A DNA stretch of 64,000 nt, from the NCBI GenBank assembly GCA_040905045.1, contig JBBDSH010000073.1, positions 2,535-66,534 on the forward strand, in the 5' to 3' direction. Position 1 is the stretch's first letter, and every line of letters begins with the position of its first letter. Positions 56,973 to 64,000 of this stretch are shown one piece after another. The position numbers and the translations under genes were made by a program. The notes beneath the pieces are model-generated. The model was given only the letters and a program-made list of their open reading frames with translations. It had not been told where the DNA came from and did not search any database. The stretch is from Gammaproteobacteria bacterium (GTDB lineage: Bacteria; Pseudomonadota; Gammaproteobacteria; Eutrophobiales; Eutrophobiaceae).

Positions 56973-59144
56973 ATGAAAATTTCCAGTCGTACGATCCTTT
57001 TATTACTCGGCTTCGGCCTGAGTGGCAGTGCCGTTGGACAGAATATTCTGGAGGAAGTGGTGGTGACCGCCCAGAAGCGGGAACAGTCGTTGCAGGATGT
57101 ACCCATCAGCGTGACCGCTTTCAGCGGCCGTGATATCCGCAGCCTGGGTTTCAACAGTACCATTGACCTGGCGGCGTTTACCCCGGGCATGTCCATCGGC
57201 CAGAACTCCGGAGAAGGGGACTTTCCCTTCATTTCCCTGCGCGGTGTCACTCTGCGTGATTTCGCCGATACCAACGAGAGTCCGTCTGCCGTCTACATCG
57301 ATGAATTCTACAAGGCCAACCTTATGGGCCTGGATCAGCAGATCTTCGATATGGATCGCGTCGAAGTTCTGCGCGGGCCGCAGGGTACGCTGTACGGCCG
57401 GAACGCCACGGGCGGACTGATTCACTACGTCACCCGTAAACCCACGGAAACTTTCGAGGGATACGGCGAGTTCGAAGTGGGCGAGTACGACACCTACAAG
57501 TTCGAGGGTGCCGTAGGCGGTCCCCTGACTCAGAACCTGTCCGGCCGGTTATCTGTGCAACACCATCAACACGACGGTTATACGGAAAATATCTTCCCGG
57601 GCAACGCCGATGGCAATGCACTGGATTCCACTTCCGTGCGCGGACAGTTGTTGTTCACACCGACGGAGGACTTATCGGTTTCGGTTCTCTTGCAACGCAA
57701 CGCCAACGATAACGATGCCGGCAATATGTTTCCCCATGTGGCCGTGGTACAGGATCCGGTCACGGGTCTTGCCGTTGATAATCCCGGTGGTCCCGGCTTT
57801 GCCGGTTACATCGAGCCGACCCCGAACGACCCGCGCGATACCAATGCCAACCGGGATATCTATCTCAGGACCGAGCAGTACACCGGAATCGGCCGGATTG
57901 AATGGAATGTCAACGGCATTGATGTCGTCTCCATAACCGGTTACGAGAAAACCTCCAAGGATGCGGCCTTCGACAGTGACGGCACGCCCTTTACCCGCGG
58001 CACCGAGGCGCATCCCAATGGTGAGCAGTTCTCCCAGGAGTTGCGTCTCTCCGGGCAGGCAGGCCCTGTCGAATGGCTGGGCGGCTTCTATTACATTGAC
58101 TATGACGTGGACGGTTTCCAGTCTCGCTGTACGCCGGCAACCTGTGACGTACAACGGGCGCCGGTCATCTATGACCTGCAGACGGAATCATGGGCCTTCT
58201 TCGGCAACGTGGACGTGGAACTGGCGCCGCAATGGAGCGTAACCGCGGGGCTGCGTTATACCCAGGAGGACAAGGAATATCTGCTGGATAACCAGGATTT
58301 CGGTATCGAATTTTCACCGGCGACCGTGGGTGATCAGGCCCGGCTGGATGATGACAACATCAGTTTCAATGCCCGGTTGAACTATACACCGACCGAGGAT
58401 CTGCTGTTCTACGGGGGTGTTTCCCGCGGCCACAAGTCGGGGACGTTCAATGTCGGTTTCACGCCCATTGCTTTCGATGCCATCCCCGTGGAGGCGGAGC
58501 AATTGACCAGCTATGAAGTCGGCTTCAAGTCGACGTTGATGCAGGGTCTGTGGCGTGTCAACGGCGCCGCCTTTTATTATGATTACGATGACTCGCAGGC
58601 CTTCCAGTTCGACGGCCGCACGCTCAGTGCTACCGCCTTCAATCGCGATGCGGAAGTCTACGGAGCCGAGCTGGAGGTCACTGCCAGCCCGACGGAAAGA
58701 CTCGATCTGATGTTCACGGCCACCTATCTGGACGCCACACTAAAAGACGTGGAACGTCCGGGACCGTTGTTCACGGGTCTGCCGCCCGTCGACACTGTGA
58801 TGCCGCTGGCGCCGGACTGGGATCTCAGTCTGCTGGCACGCTACTACTGGCCGGTGCCTTGGGGCGGGGAAATGGCACTACAGGGCAGTGTGAATTACAA
58901 ATCCAAGCAGTATTTTGATGCCTTCAACAGTCCCAGCCACCTGGAAGGCGGTTATGCCGTGGGTAATGCCAGACTTACCTGGACCAGTGCGAATGACAAC
59001 TGGGAGGTTGCCGTCTTTGCCAACAACATAACCGATACGGAATACAGGACCTATGCATTCGACCTGGCATTCCTGGGCTTCGCGACCGATGTTTACGGAA
59101 AGCCGCGTTGGGTTGGAGGATCAGTAAGGTACAGTTGGCAATAA
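56973..59144 (+). CDS. TonB-dependent receptor
   Basis: LEEVVVTAQKREQSLQDVP, DRVEVLRGPQGTLYGRNATGG, and C-terminal YSWQ. Confidence 0.95.
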   Translation: MKISSRTILLLLGFGLSGSAVGQNILEEVVVTAQKREQSLQDVPISVTAFSGRDIRSLGFNSTIDLAAFTPGMSIGQNSGEGDFPFISLRGVTLRDFADTNESPSAVYIDEFYKANLMGLDQQIFDMDRVEVLRGPQGTLYGRNATGGLIHYVTRKPTETFEGYGEFEVGEYDTYKFEGAVGGPLTQNLSGRLSVQHHQHDGYTENIFPGNADGNALDSTSVRGQLLFTPTEDLSVSVLLQRNANDNDAGNMFPHVAVVQDPVTGLAVDNPGGPGFAGYIEPTPNDPRDTNANRDIYLRTEQYTGIGRIEWNVNGIDVVSITGYEKTSKDAAFDSDGTPFTRGTEAHPNGEQFSQELRLSGQAGPVEWLGGFYYIDYDVDGFQSRCTPATCDVQRAPVIYDLQTESWAFFGNVDVELAPQWSVTAGLRYTQEDKEYLLDNQDFGIEFSPATVGDQARLDDDNISFNARLNYTPTEDLLFYGGVSRGHKSGTFNVGFTPIAFDAIPVEAEQLTSYEVGFKSTLMQGLWRVNGAAFYYDYDDSQAFQFDGRTLSATAFNRDAEVYGAELEVTASPTERLDLMFTATYLDATLKDVERPGPLFTGLPPVDTVMPLAPDWDLSLLARYYWPVPWGGEMALQGSVNYKSKQYFDAFNSPSHLEGGYAVGNARLTWTSANDNWEVAVFANNITDTEYRTYAFDLAFLGFATDVYGKPRWVGGSVRYSWQ

Positions 59145-59314
59145 ACCTCCCCCCGGTTCATTGTCAACTTCACGGGCCGGATAATGTATTCTGCATTATC
59201 CGGCTTTCTTATATGCGCGGTTAGGTAACGGCGGGGAAAAAGGAATAACCGGTAAAGATTACACCTGATATTAACCATGCAACTTCACAATACATTCAGA
59301 ACCGAATCCAGGCT

Positions 59315-60154
59315 ATGAAAAACCTTCTGACTATTTTATGCGCCTGCTTTTTGTCGGCCGCCGTTGCCGGGGGGAATGACAAGCCGGAACATATTTTGAC
59401 CATTGTCACCGAGGATGGCCGGGAACATGAATTTCCTGCGGAAGAACTGCTTGCAAGACCGGATGTGGAAAATGTCGTCATCGCGAATACTCCGGCTTAT
59501 CCGAAAGACAAGTTAACGGTCAAGGCAATCCGGTTTCACCGGCTTATGGAAGATTTCCGGGTCTCCCCGGAGGCTACTATGGAATTCATGGCAACGGACG
59601 GATTTACATCGCCCATGGATGCGGCGCTTGTAATGAATTCCGATGAGGACAACTCCATAGCCTATCTCGCCATTGAGGATCCGGACAACCAATGGCCGCC
59701 GCACAGATCGGGGAAGGGAACGTCCGGTCCTTTTTATCTGTTCTGGATTAATCCTGAACTGTCCGGTATCAGCCGGGAAGAGTGGCCGTATAAAGTAGAT
59801 ACAATCAGTATAAACAAGTCGGTCAGGGAACGTTATGCGGGAATCGTTCCGCCGGAGAGTTTCGGTGAAGAACATCCCGTCGCCCGGGGATTCCGGGTTT
59901 TCATGAAAAACTGTATGGCATGTCATAAACTGAACAGGGTAGGCAGCGGAATCATAGGACCGGATCTGAATTACCCCATGAGTCCCGTGGAGTATTTCAG
60001 GGACGGTGTTCTGAGACAATTTATACGGCAGCCGCAGTCCGTAAGATTGTACCCCGGCAGTAAAATGATCGGTTTCGGGGAGGGAGCCCTCTCCGATACG
60101 GAACTTGATCAATTGATTGCATACCTGGAATACATGGCTGAGCGGGATAAATAA
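59315..60154 (+). CDS. Exported protein: minimal molybdopterin-oxidoreductase-like domain fused to class I cytochrome c
   Basis: Signal peptide; F.ATDGF, YLAIE, GPFYLFW and WPYKV in the N-domain; CMACH, GPDL and distal Met (SKM). Confidence 0.78.
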   Translation: MKNLLTILCACFLSAAVAGGNDKPEHILTIVTEDGREHEFPAEELLARPDVENVVIANTPAYPKDKLTVKAIRFHRLMEDFRVSPEATMEFMATDGFTSPMDAALVMNSDEDNSIAYLAIEDPDNQWPPHRSGKGTSGPFYLFWINPELSGISREEWPYKVDTISINKSVRERYAGIVPPESFGEEHPVARGFRVFMKNCMACHKLNRVGSGIIGPDLNYPMSPVEYFRDGVLRQFIRQPQSVRLYPGSKMIGFGEGALSDTELDQLIAYLEYMAERDK

Positions 60155-60702
60155 TGAAAAATATATCTGATTTGAAAGTCTGTTTTAACTATCTGTTGTT
60201 GATGACGTTTCTGCTTGCGGGACAATCCGTCCCGGCAAGCGGCGATGAAAAAGCTACGAGCGAGGAAATCAGGACCCTGGTAAAAAACTCTTTACAGGCA
60301 TGGGAGACAGGTAGTGAGGAACTGCTTCTTTCCACGGCGCATCCGGACATGGAATTCTCTTTCCCGACCACCCGGACCGATGCGCAAGGCGCGCTTCGTG
60401 TCCTGCGCTACTGGAATGAACACTACGAGGATACGAAAGTGTATATTCACTGGATACTGGTGGATGGAGATCGGTTTGCCGCCGAGTACCAGTTTGCCAC
60501 CACGGAGAAGGCAACCGGCAAGAGGACGGCCGCGGGAACAGTGGCTATCGGCCGGGTGCAGGACGGGAAGATTATTACATTAAAGGAGTATGTCGACGGT
60601 CGCGTGGGACGTCTTCAGAACGAGGGTGAACTTCCTCTGGAGGAGGGCGAGGAACCGTATCCCTGGCCGGAATATGATAAAACAATGCCCTGGTCGGACT
60701 GA
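60154..60702 (+). CDS. Exported NTF2/SnoaL-like protein
   Basis: Signal-like leader; AWETG, HPDMEF, VDGDRFAAE and VQDGKIITLKEYVD. Confidence 0.82.
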   Translation: MKNISDLKVCFNYLLLMTFLLAGQSVPASGDEKATSEEIRTLVKNSLQAWETGSEELLLSTAHPDMEFSFPTTRTDAQGALRVLRYWNEHYEDTKVYIHWILVDGDRFAAEYQFATTEKATGKRTAAGTVAIGRVQDGKIITLKEYVDGRVGRLQNEGELPLEEGEEPYPWPEYDKTMPWSD

Positions 60703-60707
60703 GCCGT

Positions 60708-61055
60708 ATGCCGCACCTGGTTATAGAATATTCCAAAGGTATTGAGGGAAAAGTCAGCATGGAATCCCTGATGGAGCGGACCTATCAAGCCGCCGTGGCC
60801 GCGCAAGTCATGAATCCGGATGATATCAAGGTCAGGGCGTTGCCCTATTCACATTACCGGCTGGCCCGTCAGGACGGGGATTTCGTTCACGTCACCTGCC
60901 GGCTCCTCGAAGGACGAACAAGTGAAGAAAAGGTACGATTGTCCACGGAAATACGCGGTTATCTCTCGGAATTGCTCCCCGATGTATACAGCCTGTCCGT
61001 CGATATCGTGGACATGAATCCGGATGCCTATAAAAAAAGGCTGCTCGATCACTGA
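60708..61055 (+). CDS. 5-carboxymethyl-2-hydroxymuconate isomerase-like tautomerase
   Basis: Pro-1 MPHLVIEYS, DIKVRA, FVHV and LLEGRT.EEK. Confidence 0.9.
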   Translation: MPHLVIEYSKGIEGKVSMESLMERTYQAAVAAQVMNPDDIKVRALPYSHYRLARQDGDFVHVTCRLLEGRTSEEKVRLSTEIRGYLSELLPDVYSLSVDIVDMNPDAYKKRLLDH

Positions 61056-61063
61056 GCCTCCTT

Positions 61064-62152
61064 ATGACGATCACAGACACCAATACAGTGATCGTCGGGG
61101 CCGGAATCATCGGGGCCGTTGTAGCGTATAATCTGGCAAAAAACGGGGACCGGCCGGTATTAATTGACAAAGACGGTCCCGCGGCAGGGATAACCGGTGC
61201 ATCATTCGGCTGGCTGAACGCCTACAATGCCGGGGACCGGGCGTATTTCGATTTCCGTCGCCGGAGCATGGCTGAGTACAAGTCGCTGGTTGAAGAACTG
61301 GATTCGTCCATCGACATCAACTGGAACGGCAGTCTTGTCTGGCTGGATGGAGACACGGAGTCAAACGGTCTGGTTGAGCGCTTACAGGTCTGGGGATACC
61401 CTGTTGAGATTGTTGATGAAAACAGGGCCGGGCAGCTTGAGCCCGGCCTGGCCACGCGGCCGTCCAGGGCTTTTTATGCTGCCGAAGAGGGCAGTGTCGA
61501 TCCGGTCTCGGCCACCCGTTCCCTGATGGATGCCGCGATTCGACTGGGCGCGGAATTCCGGTTTCCCAGCCGTGTTACCGGGATCAACATACGCAATTCC
61601 CGGGTGACTGGTGTAGAAACCGATAAAGGTTCTGTCCGGTGTGATACTGTCGTTGTGGCCGCCGGTCATGGCGCGGAAACACTCTGCCGACAGGTTGGTT
61701 TCGAGCTGCCTGTGACAAAGTCCGAAGCCCTGCTGGTGAAAACGCAGCAGGTCGGTGAGGTTGTCAGGCGAGTGATAGCGGCTCCGGGCGTTCGCCTGTG
61801 GCAGGCCGCGGACGGCAGTATTCTGACCTGCGATGATTTTGACGGCAGTCGTCTTGCGGACAGGCCGAATGATCTGGCCGTGGAGTTGATCGACAGGGCC
61901 AATCGCCTTGTTGCGTTCTCCGAACCGCTTGAGGTCGTCGAGGTCATGATCGGGCGGAGACTTTTGCCTGGAGACGGGTTGCCGGTGATAGGTGAATTCG
62001 CTTCTACAGGCGGTTTGTACCTGGCGTTGATGCACAGTGGTATTACTCTGGCGCCGCTGGCCGGGCGATTGATAGCCGGGGAAATCACGTCGGGAATCGA
62101 TCAGCCGCAATTGATGCCATATCGGCCGACCCGATTCAGTCCGGCGGCTTGA
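61064..62152 (+). CDS. FAD-dependent oxidoreductase (DAO/glycine oxidase family)
   Basis: VGAGIIG, TGASFGWLN, EGSVDP, VVVAAG, R.LP.DG.PVIG and MHSGITLAP. Confidence 0.9.
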   Translation: MTITDTNTVIVGAGIIGAVVAYNLAKNGDRPVLIDKDGPAAGITGASFGWLNAYNAGDRAYFDFRRRSMAEYKSLVEELDSSIDINWNGSLVWLDGDTESNGLVERLQVWGYPVEIVDENRAGQLEPGLATRPSRAFYAAEEGSVDPVSATRSLMDAAIRLGAEFRFPSRVTGINIRNSRVTGVETDKGSVRCDTVVVAAGHGAETLCRQVGFELPVTKSEALLVKTQQVGEVVRRVIAAPGVRLWQAADGSILTCDDFDGSRLADRPNDLAVELIDRANRLVAFSEPLEVVEVMIGRRLLPGDGLPVIGEFASTGGLYLALMHSGITLAPLAGRLIAGEITSGIDQPQLMPYRPTRFSPAA

Positions 62153-62295
62153 TTATGGGGGACCGATTCCCCACAATATATATAATATGATTTTAATATT
62201 TAGCAAAATCAGTCAGTTAAGCGATTTTTCTGATGTTTCACGGGGGTTGCGTACAGGTCACATACATTACGATTACATATACAGAGTCAAAGGGT

Positions 62296-62988
62296 ATGAC
62301 AAACACCAAATCCAGTAAAAACAAAAGCGCCATCGTTGACATGGTCTATTCGGAAATCAGGCAGAGCCTGATGATGGGGCGTTTCACACCCGGCCAGAAA
62401 GTCAGCCTCCGAAGCCTTTCGGAGGAAGTCGGTACCAGCCTGACACCGGTCAGGGGCGCTGTTAACCGATTAATAGCGGAAGGTGCGTTCGATGTTCTGC
62501 CCAATCGCTGGATCGTTATTCCGGCCATGACCCGGGAAAAGTTTGATGAAATCACCTACTGGCGCGTGCAACTGGAATCGGATGCCGCTCGCCGGGCGGC
62601 AAGAAACCGCACCAGTAAGCTGATCAAGGAAGTCGAAGCGATCAACCGCGATATGATCAAGACAGGCAAGGACGGTGGTGACCGTAAATCCCTCTTGAGT
62701 CAGAACTACAAATTTCACTTTGCCATATACACGGCTTCCGATTCCTCGATTCTGCTTCCCATGATAGAAAGCCTGTGGCTGCAGGCCGGGGCATTTACCT
62801 ATTATTCACTCCTTTCTCCCAAGGATCTGTGGGACGCAAAATATCATATTGATATTATCGATGCCCTGAAAAAAGGTGATGAGGATGCCATCGCCGAAGC
62901 GGTAACCAATGATATCGTCAACACGGCCAATTTTCTCAGGGAAAAAGGCGAATTCGAAAAACCGAAGATGAAAAAGATTGTTGCCTAA
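62296..62988 (+). CDS. GntR family transcriptional regulator (FCD domain)
   Basis: wHTH PGQKVSLR.L....GTSLTPVR.A..RL..EG; R..LE, NYKFH and H..II.AL. Confidence 0.93.
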   Translation: MTNTKSSKNKSAIVDMVYSEIRQSLMMGRFTPGQKVSLRSLSEEVGTSLTPVRGAVNRLIAEGAFDVLPNRWIVIPAMTREKFDEITYWRVQLESDAARRAARNRTSKLIKEVEAINRDMIKTGKDGGDRKSLLSQNYKFHFAIYTASDSSILLPMIESLWLQAGAFTYYSLLSPKDLWDAKYHIDIIDALKKGDEDAIAEAVTNDIVNTANFLREKGEFEKPKMKKIVA

Positions 62989-62989
62989 G

Positions 62990-63143
62990 GGAGTGAGGCG
63001 TAAGGAGTAAAGAGTGAGAAGTAAAAACTCCTCACGCATAAAATCGAAACAATCTTCGCAGCCAGAAAGTAACGAGCCGACAAGATGAACTGCATTCCGG
63101 TTTCGCCGGAATAGACTCCTTACCCCTCACACCTTACTCACCT
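62990..63143. repeat. Paired inverted heptamer arrays
   Basis: gagtgaggcgtaaggagtaaagagtgagaagt ... actccttacccctcacaccttactcacct between convergent genes. Confidence 0.75.
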
Positions 63144-64000
63144 CTTTCCGTTTCGCTAATCGCGGCAATGGCCAGCTGATAAGGTTTCAGGGCCATGAAA
63201 TAGAAAATGAAGGCCAGCAATTGTGCAACCGCACCGATGATGGCAATTGAAAAGCCCACCATATAAAGATTCTCGAACACCTGTTCCGTCATGAAGGCAA
63301 CCGCCGTGGGGCCGATGGCCATTCCGATAAGACTGATCACCAGATAATACAGGGCCGTCATCTGGCCACGCATGCGGGCCGGCGACATAACCTGTATGGC
63401 GGCGCCGATGACACCATACGGTACCGATTTGAGTAATACGGCGGGTATGATCAGAGCCAGGGACAGGTGCTCGTTGGGCATCAGTGGATAAAAGAGACAG
63501 AACCATATGCAGGCGAAGGCGCCGAGGGTGACAACCACGATCTTCGAGTCCTTGCCCCGTTTGATGGAAAGATAGTCGGCAAAATAACCGCCGCCCAGAT
63601 TCCCCATCATTTGTCCGACGATGGTAAGCAGCCCGTAATAGATGCCGGCCTGTGCCGGCGGCCAGTCGAAAACCCTGTCCATCATGACAATATCCCAGAA
63701 GCCGCCGGCGTATACGGACAGGGAAACAAAACCGGTGGCCAGATAGATGTACAAATAGGCACGCCAGTGGGAGCGGGCGTATATCAATACTTCCTTGATG
63801 CTCGGGATTTGGTTTTCGGAAACGGCGCCGGGCGTTGTCGGCGCGACCAGGTTTTTCCGGGCCGGTTCCTTGAAGGTAAATATCAAAAACGCGAGAAGCA
63901 TGCCGGGGACGCCGACCACCAGCAGAACAAATCGCCAGGGAGCCAGGTCTCCCAGCAGCGGTATGCTGACTGTGCCGTCATCATTGGCCAGATAGGTGGC
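63134..64000 (-). CDS. MFS transporter (5' truncated by window edge)
   Basis: PWRFVLLVVG.PG...KEPAR, GGYFADYL, PARMRG and GMAIGPT; frame open to the window end. Confidence 0.9.
   Translation of the reverse strand, partial: ATYLANDDGTVSIPLLGDLAPWRFVLLVVGVPGMLLAFLIFTFKEPARKNLVAPTTPGAVSENQIPSIKEVLIYARSHWRAYLYIYLATGFVSLSVYAGGFWDIVMMDRVFDWPPAQAGIYYGLLTIVGQMMGNLGGGYFADYLSIKRGKDSKIVVVTLGAFACIWFCLFYPLMPNEHLSLALIIPAVLLKSVPYGVIGAAIQVMSPARMRGQMTALYYLVISLIGMAIGPTAVAFMTEQVFENLYMVGFSIAIIGAVAQLLAFIFYFMALKPYQLAIAAISETERGE

Noticed and set aside
42089-64000. tRNA-anchored integrative island
   Set aside because: No integrase, no duplicated tRNA 3' end seen in the window, and tesB lies between the tRNA and the catabolic genes.

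Overview
Bacterial chromosomal window that looks gammaproteobacterial (moderately GC-rich; inferred from gene content, not from a database search). 1-43.9 kb is mostly housekeeping and stress genes: the end of a xanthine/aldehyde dehydrogenase-family molybdoenzyme operon, M18 peptidase, an LMW-PTP plus fructosamine kinase pair, Zn-ADH, TrxC, three paralogous four-helix c-type cytochromes (two flank a DcaP-like porin), SodB, Uup, a Sel1-repeat protein, a CSP, two SlyD-type FKBPs, GreB, ThiI facing a TudS-DUF1722 (RudS-like) gene, SfsA, an osmoprotectant ABC transporter, an MshEN-cNMP protein next to a degenerate REC-GGDEF-EAL protein, a sirtuin, tRNA-Ser(GGA) and TesB. 43.9-64 kb is an accessory catabolic region: two TonB-dependent receptors, two amidohydrolases, a Rieske oxygenase plus glutamine-synthetase-like ligase, a Tat-exported bicovalent FAD oxidase, an MBL-fold protein, a cytochrome c fusion, SnoaL, a tautomerase, a DAO-family oxidase, GntR and an MFS. 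Its promoters share TATGATCACA boxes spaced 13 bp apart. The intergenic DNA carries several non-coding repeat families. The most striking is a ~23-bp hairpin seen in reciprocal filled and empty sites, with no target duplication, a conserved CA(A/T)G 5' flank, and nesting inside itself and inside larger palindromic elements. No CRISPR array, integrase or transposase was found. All product calls come from motif recognition by eye.
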